A stretch of DNA of 32,000 bases. It comes from Exiguobacterium mexicanum. Lineage in GTDB: Bacteria > Bacillota > Bacilli > Exiguobacteriales > Exiguobacteriaceae. Below are positions 8,976 to 17,711 of this stretch, one piece after another (positions within the stretch are counted from its first letter, which is position 1; every line of letters begins with the position of its first letter). A program made the position numbers and the translations under genes. A model generated the notes under the pieces. The model saw nothing but the letters and a program-made list of their open reading frames with translations, searched no databases and was not told the origin of the DNA. The stretch lies in the NCBI RefSeq assembly GCF_025234665.1, contig NZ_JANIEH010000005.1; one strand, given 5' to 3'.

Positions 8976-9257
8976 TTACGCAACTGGGTAAACGCTCACT
9001 TGTTTCTTGTCGCGACCAAGACGCTCGAAGCGTACTACGCCGTCAACTTTTGCAAACAATGTGTCGTCGCCACCACGGCCGACGTTTTCACCTGGGTGAA
9101 TCTTCGTACCGCGTTGACGGTAGAGGATTGATCCAGCTGAAACAGTCTGTCCGTCAGCGCGTTTAGCGCCGAGGCGTTTCGAAATCGAGTCACGACCGTT
9201 TTTAGTCGATCCTACTCCCTTTTTCGATGCGAAGAACTGAAGGTTCAATTGTAACAT
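8976..9257 (-). CDS. rpmA: 50S ribosomal protein L27 (with Firmicute N-terminal propeptide)
   Basis: [37 protein letters not shown]... The MLQLNLQFF|ASKKG N-extension is the known substrate of the Prp protease. SD GGAGGTGG lies before ATG 9257. The track start at 9266 is a GTG inside the SD. Confidence 0.97.
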   Translation of the reverse strand: MLQLNLQFFASKKGVGSTKNGRDSISKRLGAKRADGQTVSAGSILYRQRGTKIHPGENVGRGGDDTLFAKVDGVVRFERLGRDKKQVSVYPVA

Positions 9258-9269
9258 GAGGTCCACCTC

Positions 9270-9605
9270 CTATTGTTCAATTTGGATATAATCACCGTAA
9301 CTATGGGCGATCGTGTCTAGTTGCACGAGCATCCCTTCTAATAACAGTTGGGTGCGAGTCATGTCCTCCGGTGATACGTCAGGATATGTCTCGACATAAA
9401 AGTAGCCACCCTCTGTTTTGTCTGCCATTTCTACAAGAAGCGATTGACCGGCAAGTACCTCGACAGCGTTATATGCCCCAAAGATGATGGCAGAAACGCC
9501 GGCACAGACCAAATCAGAACCGGGTTCAGCAAAGTTGGCGTGACCTGTCACTTCAACGGAACGAATCGACTTCGTTTCGTCTCGTCTGACCATTACTCGA
9601 ATCAT
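9270..9605 (-). CDS. prp: ribosomal-processing cysteine protease Prp (YsxB family)
   Basis: 111 aa. It has VEVTGHANFAEPGSDLVCAGVSAI with the conserved His and Cys, and sits between rplU and rpmA as in all Firmicutes that carry the L27 propeptide. Confidence 0.9.
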   Translation of the reverse strand: MIRVMVRRDETKSIRSVEVTGHANFAEPGSDLVCAGVSAIIFGAYNAVEVLAGQSLLVEMADKTEGGYFYVETYPDVSPEDMTRTQLLLEGMLVQLDTIAHSYGDYIQIEQ

Positions 9606-9608
9606 AGC

Positions 9609-9917
9609 TTACGCTTCGATTTTCTCGATGCGAACTTTCGTGTAAGGCTGACGGTGACCTTGCTTACGACGGTAGTTTTTCTTAGCTTTCATTTTGAAGA
9701 CAGTGATCTTCTTCGCGCGACCGTGTTTAACGACAGTTGCTACGACTTTAGCGCCCTCTACGAGTGGAGCTCCGACTTTAACATCGTCACCACCAACGAA
9801 AAGAACTTCACCGAATTCTACAGTACCCTCGACATCAGCATCGAGTTTTTCGATGTAGATCTCTTGACCTGCTTCAACTTTGATTTGCTTACCACCAGTT
9901 TTGATGATTGCGTACAT
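9609..9917 (-). CDS. rplU: 50S ribosomal protein L21
   Basis: [26 protein letters not shown]... starts at ATG 9917 with SD GGAGGTG. The longer track ORF (to 10043) reads through the untranslated leader. Confidence 0.97.
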   Translation of the reverse strand: MYAIIKTGGKQIKVEAGQEIYIEKLDADVEGTVEFGEVLFVGGDDVKVGAPLVEGAKVVATVVKHGRAKKITVFKMKAKKNYRRKQGHRQPYTKVRIEKIEA

Positions 9918-10027
9918 ATACGTGCACCTCCTTATTAAACTCAGACTCGCCATCCAGGGCAGGGCGGAACCATTTAAACCCGTTCTGTGCGGTTGTAGCC
10001 ATTTGGGTGCTTCCAAACGAACTAACG
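9918..10027 (-). promoter_or_regulatory. long structured 5' leader of rplU-prp-rpmA (position of the Firmicute L21 ribosomal-protein leader)
   Basis: About 110 nt lie between the predicted promoter and the rplU SD. The region is GC-rich and self-complementary (GGAAGCACCCAAATGG...GGGTTTAAATGGTTCC...GCCCTGCCCTGG). Bacillus rplU operons carry an autoregulatory L21 leader at this location. I did not fold or model it. Confidence 0.45.
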
Positions 10028-10033
10028 TTATAG

Positions 10034-10063
10034 ATAATACCACTCTCGCTCAAACATTGTCAA
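10034..10063 (-). promoter_or_regulatory. sigma-A type promoter of the rplU operon
   Basis: The minus strand reads TTGACA (10063-10058) - 18 nt - TATTAT (10039-10034), with TG 2 nt upstream of the -10. The -35 overlaps the stop codon of the RNase E/G gene. Confidence 0.6.
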
Positions 10064-11385
10064 TGACGAGATACGAAATTCTGACATTCCTCGAGCGTCC
10101 CGTAGAACGCCACATCTGGCTCCCCATCGACGAGGAGGACCGTACAGTCAAAACCGTCCGAGAACGCGTCATGCCACTTGCTCGGGAGCGTCACGACGAC
10201 GCTCTCGACTTGAGGCGCGAGCTCCATCAGCGTCCGCTCCAGCTGCGAGAAGACGGCAAGCTTCGACGGGCTACCGTTATACGTCATCCGATCTTGTATC
10301 GATCGTCCGGTCCGTTCCCGCGACAGCTCGAACAAGCCCATCCGCGTAAAACCGTACACTTCGACACGGCGCGGATCGCGAGCTCCGAGCTCTTTCATCT
10401 TCTTCAAGAGCCGTGCCTGGCCGTCCTTTGAACCTCTCAGGAAGTCGATGACGACCATGCCGCCGATATTGCGCAAGCGGAGCTGTTCCATCGTCGTATA
10501 GAGCGCGGCCTCATTGATCGTGTCGGCGGCGCGCCCCTTGTCTTTGACGGCGACGTTCTTGCCGCTGTTGACGTCGATGACGGTCATCGTCTCGACCTGC
10601 TCGATCAACACGTACGAACCGCCATCGAGCCAGACGACCCGTTGGCCGAGCTTTTCGATGGCCCCGTCGAGCCGAGCCGCTTCTTTAATCCGGCCTTTGC
10701 CGACGTAGCGTTCGACGTTGACCTCGAGCCGTGTCAACCGGTCCTGTGCTTCCTTGTCATTCAACATGACCGATTCGACCGCATGGCGTCGCACGAACTG
10801 TTCGCACAACAACTCATCTTGTCCCCGGCGTGCCGTGATGACTTCCGCAGCACGCGCCCGGAGCAAATCGAGTTCTTCTTGAAGGTCGGCCGGACTCGCT
10901 TGCCCCGACTCGGTCCGGAACAGCACCCCTTCCGCCTCCTCGAGCTCGAACACTTTTGATAACCGGTCCTGGGTGACGAGGTCGAGCTTACGGCTATACA
11001 GCTGGCGCCGTCCATATGGGAAGTAGACGATATAGCGTCCGCCGAAGCGGATGTTCTCCGTCACTTTATGATGTTTGCCGTTGATGCCTTCTTTCGTCAC
11101 TTGGACGAGTCGCTTCTGGCCGACGACGGCCGCCTGACCGATCGCCGGCACGTTCGGATACGCCTCGAGCGCTTTCAACGTCTCGGCAATCGGCAAGAAG
11201 AACGTCGTTTCGCCGGTCGTCAAAAAAGCGGCGCCAAGCGACGGGTGAATCCGTTCGATCGCGGCCTCGAGAATTGTTCCGATCGATAATTGGTCGATGA
11301 AACGTTCCTCGACTTCGAGCAGACGCTCCCCGTCGACGAGCATGGCCCGTTCGATGGATGGCGTCCGTTCATAGATCAATCGCAT
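10060..11385 (-). CDS. rng: Rne/Rng-family ribonuclease (RNase G-like)
   Basis: About 441 aa. It has an S1-like N-terminal region (IGTILEAAIERIHPSLGAAFLTTGETTFFLP), catalytic-core motifs MTVIDVNSGKN and GGMVVIDFL, and GFTRMGLFELSRER. SD AAAGGAGAG lies 6 nt before ATG 11385; the track start at 11406 is a GTG upstream of the SD. Confidence 0.85.
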   Translation of the reverse strand: MRLIYERTPSIERAMLVDGERLLEVEERFIDQLSIGTILEAAIERIHPSLGAAFLTTGETTFFLPIAETLKALEAYPNVPAIGQAAVVGQKRLVQVTKEGINGKHHKVTENIRFGGRYIVYFPYGRRQLYSRKLDLVTQDRLSKVFELEEAEGVLFRTESGQASPADLQEELDLLRARAAEVITARRGQDELLCEQFVRRHAVESVMLNDKEAQDRLTRLEVNVERYVGKGRIKEAARLDGAIEKLGQRVVWLDGGSYVLIEQVETMTVIDVNSGKNVAVKDKGRAADTINEAALYTTMEQLRLRNIGGMVVIDFLRGSKDGQARLLKKMKELGARDPRRVEVYGFTRMGLFELSRERTGRSIQDRMTYNGSPSKLAVFSQLERTLMELAPQVESVVVTLPSKWHDAFSDGFDCTVLLVDGEPDVAFYGTLEECQNFVSRH

Positions 11386-11406
11386 ATGCGTCTCTCCTTT
11401 CGACAC

Positions 11407-11427
11407 AAAAAGGCAACTTTCGTTGCC
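11407..11427 (-). terminator. short hairpin/attenuator immediately after minD
   Basis: The minus strand reads GGCAAC-GAAA-GTTGCC followed by TTTTTG, starting 1 nt after the minD stop. The stem is only 6 bp, so it is probably partial. Confidence 0.45.
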
Positions 11428-12285
11428 TTAGGCTTTTTTCATTCCAAATTTCATCATGAGCCGCGTCCAGAAGCCGACCGGTTTTTGTTCGGTCTGAATC
11501 GACATGAGCGGCACCGACTCGCCGAGAATGCGGCGCGTGATGTTGCGGTACGCTTGTCCGGCGTTGTTGTCCGGGTTCATCGTGACCGGTACCCCACGGT
11601 TGGCGGCGGCGATGACTTCTTCATCGTCGACGACGACGCCGAGCAGGTCGATCGACAAGATACGCATGATGTCATCGATGTCGAGCATGTCGCCTGATTC
11701 GACGAGGTGGTTCTTGACGCGGTTGACGATCAGTTTCGGCGCAGCGACATGTTCCGCTTGCTCGAGCATGCCGATGATGCGGTCCGCGTCCTGAACGGCC
11801 GCCTTCTCAGGCGTCGTCACGACGACGGCCTCATCGGCGCCGGCGATGGCGTTCATGAAGCCTTGCTCGATACCGGCCGGGCAATCGATTAACACGAAAT
11901 CATATTCCGTCTTCAACTGGTCGATAATTTCTTTCACTTGCTCCGGTTGGACCGATGTCTTGTCTTTCGACTGGGCCGCAGGCAAGAGATACATCTCTTC
12001 GAACCGCTTGTCACGGACGAGCGCCTGATGCAGTTTGCATTGGCCGTTGATGACGTCGACGAGGTTATAGATACTGCGGTTATCGAGTCCCAAGATGATG
12101 TCGAGGTTACGAAGACCGATATCCGTATCGACGAGACAGACCGAGTGACCAGACAATGCGAGGCCGGTCCCGAGGTTCGCGGTCGTGGTCGTCTTCCCGA
12201 CGCCACCTTTCCCCGACGTCACGACGATGGCCCGACCTTTCTTCACTTCTTTCGCTGTATGTACAGGCTCTACTACTTGCTCCAT
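11428..12285 (-). CDS. minD: septum site-determining ATPase MinD
   Basis: Deviant Walker A GKGGVGKTT, plus ...DCPAGIE... and a C-terminal amphipathic membrane-targeting helix (GFWTRLMMKFGMKK). It lies downstream of minC. Confidence 0.95.
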   Translation of the reverse strand: MEQVVEPVHTAKEVKKGRAIVVTSGKGGVGKTTTTANLGTGLALSGHSVCLVDTDIGLRNLDIILGLDNRSIYNLVDVINGQCKLHQALVRDKRFEEMYLLPAAQSKDKTSVQPEQVKEIIDQLKTEYDFVLIDCPAGIEQGFMNAIAGADEAVVVTTPEKAAVQDADRIIGMLEQAEHVAAPKLIVNRVKNHLVESGDMLDIDDIMRILSIDLLGVVVDDEEVIAAANRGVPVTMNPDNNAGQAYRNITRRILGESVPLMSIQTEQKPVGFWTRLMMKFGMKKA

Positions 12286-12290
12286 CTAAC

Positions 12291-12962
12291 TCACCCTCTC
12301 TGTAATTCCATTGCATATGCGTCTTTCAGCCCAGTCATGACTTGACGGAGACGCGTCATTTCAATACCTTGATTCGTCTGATATGCGCATCCCATCTCGA
12401 TCTCCGGAAGCTCTTCGCCGTCGTCCGACGCGAGCACGTGTTCACCGATCGCTAAAAACTTCGGATGGAGCAGACTGGCGGTGATGACCGCTTCCTCCCA
12501 TCCTTCGACACCGGCACGCACATTTCCTCGTATCGTCCCTAAACAATAGATACTTCCCGTCGCCCGAACCTCGGACCCCGGGTTGATGTCCCCGATAATG
12601 AGCACCGAGCCATCAAAGTCGAGCACTTGCCCGCTTCGAATCGTCCCGCTATGGTAGTGGAACGTCTTTTTGCCGTAGGTCGCTTTCGCTTCTTCGGTCA
12701 ACATGACCTCGCTCGATAGCTCCTCGATATAAAAAACGCCATGACGAGCGACGACTTCACGAATTTGACGTGACAGCTCCTCGTCTACATAACGAGTACC
12801 CGCGTGCAACTTGAGTGCAATCTTCCCAGAGGGCGGCTCCATTTCTTGTAACGTGGCCTCAAGCTCTCCGAGCACCTCATCGATGCCACTCCGTGGATTG
12901 AAGTGGATTGCAATACCGTTGCGATGTCCTTTAATCGTAATATGTCGTTTACGCTCCATCAT
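12291..12962 (-). CDS. minC: septum site-determining protein MinC
   Basis: 223 aa. The C-terminal beta-helical MinC domain reads GTIRSGQVLDFDGSVLIIGDINPGSEVRATGSIYCLGTIRGNVRAGV. It sits between mreD and minD. Confidence 0.9.
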   Translation of the reverse strand: MMERKRHITIKGHRNGIAIHFNPRSGIDEVLGELEATLQEMEPPSGKIALKLHAGTRYVDEELSRQIREVVARHGVFYIEELSSEVMLTEEAKATYGKKTFHYHSGTIRSGQVLDFDGSVLIIGDINPGSEVRATGSIYCLGTIRGNVRAGVEGWEEAVITASLLHPKFLAIGEHVLASDDGEELPEIEMGCAYQTNQGIEMTRLRQVMTGLKDAYAMELQRG

Positions 12963-12964
12963 GG

Positions 12965-13468
12965 CTACCCTCTTTTCGCTACAGGTCGCGGCGCCACGTA
13001 TCGTGTCATCGGCACGTATAACAGTGCGATGGCGACGGCGTTGGCGACGAGCGTCCCTGGAATCTGTTCAACTAATAGTGTTTGAATGGTCATGGTCGTC
13101 CCACCGACCGCCGTCATGACGCTAAAGATCCCGAAAGAAAATACGAGAATCATGAACGTGAACGTGATGACGACCGAGAAGAAGTTCTCACCTATATATT
13201 TTAACACGAAGCTGACTAAGAGAGGAATGAGTGAAAAAGTAAATAAGTAAATTCCGAGCAAGTCGGTGTAGACGATGTCATACAACAGTCCAAAGACGAG
13301 TCCGAATCCGAACGCCGCCTCGAAGCGACCATACAAACTGACGTACATCAAGCCGATCAATGTCAAATACAAGAACGGCGTCACATAGTGCCACGAGAAG
13401 ATGGCGGCCCATGTCCCTTCAATAAGAAAGAGGAGGAACAGGGCGATGAACACTTTCATGTTACTCAC
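12965..13468 (-). CDS. mreD: rod shape-determining protein MreD
   Basis: 167-aa polytopic membrane protein directly after mreC, with an 8-nt overlap. Size and position are typical of MreD. Confidence 0.85.
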   Translation of the reverse strand: MSNMKVFIALFLLFLIEGTWAAIFSWHYVTPFLYLTLIGLMYVSLYGRFEAAFGFGLVFGLLYDIVYTDLLGIYLFTFSLIPLLVSFVLKYIGENFFSVVITFTFMILVFSFGIFSVMTAVGGTTMTIQTLLVEQIPGTLVANAVAIALLYVPMTRYVAPRPVAKRG

Positions 13469-14351
13469 CCGCTGCTCCTCCTTCCTCGGGACCCGTCAAG
13501 AACGGTTCGTCGAGCGTTCGATTGATGACGAACATTTGCGAGAACTCATTGAAGTCCGCTTCTGGTTTGATGCGGGCGACTTGAGACACGCCATATTCAT
13601 CCGTTTCGATCGACTCGACCGTTCCGACGACAAGACCGGCCGGATAACGGCCACCGAGACCTGACGTCGACACGATCTCGCCTTCTTTCAACTTGACGCT
13701 GTTTGAGACCTTCGTGAAAAAGAGCTCGTTCGTCTCGCTGTCGAAGCCGTCAATCGTCCCGTACGTCGCTTTGCCGTCCTCGTCCTTGACGACGGCCGAG
13801 ACGTTGTTGGTCCGGTTGTTGTCCGAGAGGAGTTGCACTTGCGACGTGTAGGCGCTCGTTTGAATGACGCGACCGACCATACCGCCGGCGGCCGTGACGG
13901 CCATGCCTTTCTCGACACCGCGCTCTTCCCCGACGTTAATCGTCACATAGCGTTGCCAGTCGTTCGGCGTGCGCCCGATTACTTCGGCGGGAATCAAATC
14001 GAAGTCACGGAGCGACGTATCGGCCGCCTCGACCATTTGCCGCAATTCTTCGTTCTCACGGCGCAGGTCATCGGCTTCGACCGACACTTCCGCGTATTTC
14101 GTCAAATGTTGTTTCAATTGACGGTTCTCTTCATAAATATCGCGTACGTTCGAAATCGAGGACACGGTACTGTCCATCCAGCCGATCGGCACCGTGAACA
14201 CCCGTTGGAACGTTCCGACCACATCACGCGTGACGTCCTGGTACCAGGCGGATTCCGACCGTCCTCGAATCGAAACCCCCAAGATGACTACGAACAAGAT
14301 GATACCAATCAGCGTGATGATGAGCTTTTTATTGCGTACGAACCGGCTCAT
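13461..14351 (-). CDS. mreC: rod shape-determining protein MreC
   Basis: It has an N-terminal TM segment, a coiled coil (NRQLKQHLTKYAEVSVEADDLRRENEELRQ) and beta-barrel repeats (GMAVTAAGGMVGRVIQ..., GLGGRYPAGLVVGTV). It lies between mreB and mreD. Confidence 0.9.
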   Translation of the reverse strand: MSRFVRNKKLIITLIGIILFVVILGVSIRGRSESAWYQDVTRDVVGTFQRVFTVPIGWMDSTVSSISNVRDIYEENRQLKQHLTKYAEVSVEADDLRRENEELRQMVEAADTSLRDFDLIPAEVIGRTPNDWQRYVTINVGEERGVEKGMAVTAAGGMVGRVIQTSAYTSQVQLLSDNNRTNNVSAVVKDEDGKATYGTIDGFDSETNELFFTKVSNSVKLKEGEIVSTSGLGGRYPAGLVVGTVESIETDEYGVSQVARIKPEADFNEFSQMFVINRTLDEPFLTGPEEGGAAGE

Positions 14352-14364
14352 CGTGTGTCACCAC

Positions 14365-15402
14365 TCATCGACGCGACGAGATGCCTGATTTTGAACGGAG
14401 GACGTCCATCATTTCAAGAGATTTTCCTGTCCCGATGGCGACGCAATCGAGCGGCTCATCCGCGACGAGCGTCGGGATATGTGTCTCGTCCGAGATGACG
14501 TCATCCAAGTTTTTGAGGAGTGCGCCACCGCCTGTGAGGACGATGCCGCGATCCATGACGTCAGCCGCAAGTTCCGGTGGCGTCTGCTCAAGCGTTTGTT
14601 TCACGCCAGCGAGAATCGCTTCGACCGTATCCGAAAGTGCTTCGCACACTTCAGAAGCCGAGACTTCGATTTGTTTCGGAAGGCCTGTCACGAGATCGCG
14701 ACCACGGATTTCCATCTTCTCATCTTCGTTCGAAGCATCGATGCGAGCCGAACCGACTTCCATCTTGAGCGTCTCTGACGTCCGCTCCCCGATCATGAGG
14801 TTGTATTTGTTTTTGATGTAACGAATAATGGCGTCATCCATTTCGTCACCGCCGACACGAATCGATTGGCTCGTCACGATGCCGCCGAGTGAAATCACTG
14901 CGACTTCGGTCGTACCGCCACCGATATCCACGACCATCGAGCCTGTCGGTTCCCAAACCGGGAGACCGGCACCGATTGCTGCCGCGAACGGCTCTTCAAT
15001 CGTATACGCTTCACGCGCGCCAGCTTGCTTGGCTGCGTCTTCCACGGCACGTTTTTCAACTGACGTGATGCCGCTTGGCACACAAATCATGACGTTCGTC
15101 TTCGATGAGAACAAACCGCTCTTCGACTTCTGCGCTTGCTCCATGAAGTATTTGATCATCGTCGCTGTCGTTTCGAAATCGGCGATAACCCCATCTTTCA
15201 TCGGACGGCGTGCCGTGACGTTACCCGGCGTACGTCCAATCATATCCTTGGCCTGGTTACCCACGGCCTCAATTCTACCTGTATCTGTACGGAACGCCAC
15301 TACCGACGGTTCACGAACAACGATGCCTTGACCTTTTACATAAACGAGCGTATTTGCCGTTCCAAGGTCGATTCCGATTTCTCGGTTAAAACTACGAAAC
15401 AT
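14365..15402 (-). CDS. mreB: actin-like rod shape-determining protein MreB
   Basis: [28 protein letters not shown]...[20 protein letters not shown]... SD AAGAGAGGAG lies before ATG 15402. The track ORF's 23-codon N-extension has no SD. Confidence 0.97.
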   Translation of the reverse strand: MFRSFNREIGIDLGTANTLVYVKGQGIVVREPSVVAFRTDTGRIEAVGNQAKDMIGRTPGNVTARRPMKDGVIADFETTATMIKYFMEQAQKSKSGLFSSKTNVMICVPSGITSVEKRAVEDAAKQAGAREAYTIEEPFAAAIGAGLPVWEPTGSMVVDIGGGTTEVAVISLGGIVTSQSIRVGGDEMDDAIIRYIKNKYNLMIGERTSETLKMEVGSARIDASNEDEKMEIRGRDLVTGLPKQIEVSASEVCEALSDTVEAILAGVKQTLEQTPPELAADVMDRGIVLTGGGALLKNLDDVISDETHIPTLVADEPLDCVAIGTGKSLEMMDVLRSKSGISSRR

Positions 15403-15558
15403 ACGTGCTGCTCCTCTCTTGGTTACACTATTTTTTATTATAACGGAAAAATCATGTTTGAAAACGTTCATTCGATTACAGGTTATTTACAATAACGTTC
15501 ATCTCAGTCCTGTCTCACCGTATATTAGTGTGCCTTCTTTTCGACAAAAACGCAAATC

Positions 15559-15585
15559 AAAAAGCAAGCGCGTGAAAGCGCCTGC
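15559..15585 (-). terminator. rho-independent terminator after the DUF2785-like gene
   Basis: The minus strand reads GCAGGCGC-TTTCAC-GCGCTTGC followed by TTTTTGATTT. Confidence 0.7.
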
Positions 15586-15606
15586 CTAGATTGTTACGGG
15601 TTCTCG

Positions 15607-16443
15607 TCAAATCTGCTTCAACGCCTCGAACACAGCGGTTCGAAGCATCGGTCGGTTTGTGTCATCCAATTTCACGAAAAAGCTCTTCAAAAACGTTTTC
15701 ACGTTATGGACGACGTGCCAATAAAGTTCGGGCTCGAGTTGCTGCTTTTGTACGCTCAATTGAGCCGGCAAGCCGTCTAATAGAACAATGATTTCGTGCT
15801 CATCCATCCCGCGCCCGAGCAAGGCGAAGATGGGATTCAGCAACCGCTCATCCTCATCATGCACATATATGCTTGGAATCAACACTTTGTCCCATAGCGC
15901 CTCAAGCATCTCGCTGAACTCCGTCTCGTCAAGGTGCGGATGCAGGACGAGCTCGTCGAAGGCATCGGCCACATGGGCGATTGAATGGGCCCAGCCTTTC
16001 CCAGGCACATAACCTCTCGTATCGATTTCACAATCGAGATAGGCAAGGAGCTTCGCCTTCAACATGTCGAGATCCGCTTCCGATAAAAAGCCTCGTTGCC
16101 GGTCCTGATACACAATCAAGGCGATCAACAGCGTCGAGAACGCCCGCGTGAAGACGGTATCCGATGCCGTCTCCCCGATGCCGTGGAACAAGTGGTATTT
16201 GAGCGTCGTCTGAAACATGTCCGTCAATTGCTCGTCCGTCAGTTGCTCGTCTTCGATGATGAATCGATAAAACAGCGTATAAATCAACTGGTCCCGAAGC
16301 TCCGCATCCGTCGAGCCGATGTGATGGAGCATCGACTGGAGGACCCGTTCCTCGTCCAAATCGTGCAATCGAACCGTCCCGTCCTTTATGTCTATCAATA
16401 TCCGCTTTAAATCAAGTTCCTGATAGATGGTTTCCTCACTCAT
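15607..16443 (-). CDS. DUF2785-like helical-repeat protein (function unknown)
   Basis: 278-aa soluble, helix-rich ORF. HIGSTDAELRD...FTRAFS.LLIA..V and GKGWAHSIAHVADAFDELV resemble the DUF2785 signature as I recall it. G+C is genome-typical. Confidence 0.55.
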   Translation of the reverse strand: MSEETIYQELDLKRILIDIKDGTVRLHDLDEERVLQSMLHHIGSTDAELRDQLIYTLFYRFIIEDEQLTDEQLTDMFQTTLKYHLFHGIGETASDTVFTRAFSTLLIALIVYQDRQRGFLSEADLDMLKAKLLAYLDCEIDTRGYVPGKGWAHSIAHVADAFDELVLHPHLDETEFSEMLEALWDKVLIPSIYVHDEDERLLNPIFALLGRGMDEHEIIVLLDGLPAQLSVQKQQLEPELYWHVVHNVKTFLKSFFVKLDDTNRPMLRTAVFEALKQI

Positions 16444-16528
16444 GTCTAATCACATTCCCTCTCAGTCAGTCGTATGTAAACGTATACTCTCGGGGTTCGA
16501 CACCATATCAGATGACTCCTTCCAACGC

Positions 16529-16556
16529 AAAAAAAGCAGGCGACGTTTTGCCTGCT
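16529..16556 (-). terminator. rho-independent terminator at the left edge of the AT-rich island
   Basis: The minus strand reads AGCAGGC-AAAACGTC-GCCTGCT followed by T7. Confidence 0.7.
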
Positions 16557-16769
16557 TCACATTCAATTCAATGCAAGTTCAAATCGAAAATCATATAGTA
16601 TCTCACTTTAGCTAATAATAGAGAGGAGGAACACTTGCCAAAAAGGATATTTGTTTAATTATTTTATATCTAGCAAAGCGCTACAGTTTCTTTGAACATA
16701 AAAAAATGAACTGAATTGGAGATGCAATTTGGTTCGTCCGCAGCCTAAAGTAATACGAGTCATATTACC

Positions 16770-17309
16770 TCATTTTGTTCTTGCTCTTTTTCTTTTATAT
16801 TTAGGATACTTCCTAGCGATTGTTTCCTCTGGTTTCACCTTAAATAATTCACTTAGTCTACCCACCGATATAAATAGGGTAGAAAGTGAAAATAACCCAT
16901 AATTGATATATTTCACATATTCATCCTGCGTTTTTAATAGGGTATCATCAAAAGCTAAACCGTGCCATTGTTCATGAAGTCTTTTATAATCTTGTGATAA
17001 ATCATTCATGTCATTATTATTTACATAATCGTTTTTGTCGCCTTCATATGACCATATAATATGTAATTTTTCATTTAAGCTTAATAAATCACTGTCAGCC
17101 TTCATTTCAGCAGTTAGATTTAAGATAATTGTCCATGTACTTAAGGTGATTAAAAATCCGTACCCAATTATTTCAAGCTTTCTCGCATTTCTCGGACTTA
17201 ATTTTATCGTTAAAATTAACATAAAAAAAACTGCTATAGAGAATGACACGACTAAAAAAAACATAACGTTTATTGCTACCAATCTTATTCCCCCCCAAGT
17301 AATATTCAT
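16770..17309 (-). CDS. orphan low-GC membrane protein (2 N-terminal TM + soluble loop + TM + Lys/Arg tail)
   Basis: 179-aa ORF and the only long ORF in the ~30% G+C segment. Hydrophobic segments are VAINVMFFLVVSFSIAVFFMLILTI, IIGYGFLITLSTWTIILNL and GLFSLSTLFISVG. The basic tail is KYPKYKRKRARTK. I recognise no family. The start is uncertain: SD-like AGGAA abuts ATG 17309, and TTG 17283 follows a G7 run. Confidence 0.55.
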   Translation of the reverse strand: MNITWGGIRLVAINVMFFLVVSFSIAVFFMLILTIKLSPRNARKLEIIGYGFLITLSTWTIILNLTAEMKADSDLLSLNEKLHIIWSYEGDKNDYVNNNDMNDLSQDYKRLHEQWHGLAFDDTLLKTQDEYVKYINYGLFSLSTLFISVGRLSELFKVKPEETIARKYPKYKRKRARTK

Positions 17310-17679
17310 TTCCTAACAATCGGACACGAAAAGTAATTTAACTTTGATTGATCGATGGCGCAACAGTTTTTTAGAAGTTAAATAACCAACAAGGGCCCCA
17401 TATATATTTTTTTGCATTGCTTGCACACGTATGTATAAGGGTCAACCTCTTCAATCGCATGCTTTTTAGATTCACAATAATATTAATCCATAAAGAGTCA
17501 ACATATGGTATATGACGCCTTGCTAAGCCATTTTTCTTTTTAGAACAATGGAATGACAAGATTTATAAAGACAACTATAAAAGAATTATGAATAAATAAG
17601 ATTTTATATAGGCCTAGGGCATCACTAAATCACCTCATTTTAGAAGAAACAAAAAATATAATTACATCAATCTACAAAT

Positions 17680-17704
17680 AAAAAGCAGACGCATATGCGC
17701 CTGC
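17680..17704 (-). terminator. rho-independent terminator after radC
   Basis: The minus strand reads GCAGGCGCA-TA-TGCGTCTGC followed by TTTTTATTT, 8 nt after the radC stop. Confidence 0.75.
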
Positions 17705-17711
17705 CCACCGT

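Noticed and set aside
9918-10043. 42-codon N-terminal extension of the rplU ORF in the track ([15 protein letters not shown]...).
   Set aside because: The canonical L21 N-terminus [11 protein letters not shown] starts at 9917 with GGAGGTG upstream. The extension runs through the promoter-proximal leader.
15403-15471. 23-codon N-terminal extension of mreB.
   Set aside because: MreB family proteins start at MF..F...[10 protein letters not shown]. The SD precedes ATG 15402, and the extension covers the promoter -10 region.
16222-16251. 15-bp tandem duplication (CGTCAATTGCTCGTC / CGTCAGTTGCTCGTC) encoding DEQLT-DEQLT inside the DUF2785-like gene.
   Set aside because: It is a simple in-frame duplication within a helical repeat protein, with no sign of regulatory or mobile function.
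16634-16660. Strong SD (GAGAGGAGGAA) followed by TTG and a 7-codon ORF on the plus strand. Likewise there is a 34-codon minus-strand ORF starting at the ATG right after the island gene's stop (~16660-16764).
   Set aside because: They are too short and unconserved-looking to support as genes from sequence alone. SD spacing is poor (3-4 nt).
17371-17559. 62-aa minus-strand ORF inside the AT-rich island.
   Set aside because: It has a TTG start, no SD, a Lys/Cys/Trp-rich non-protein-like composition, and the stop-poor frame expected by chance in a short AT-rich stretch. It may be a remnant of a degraded gene.
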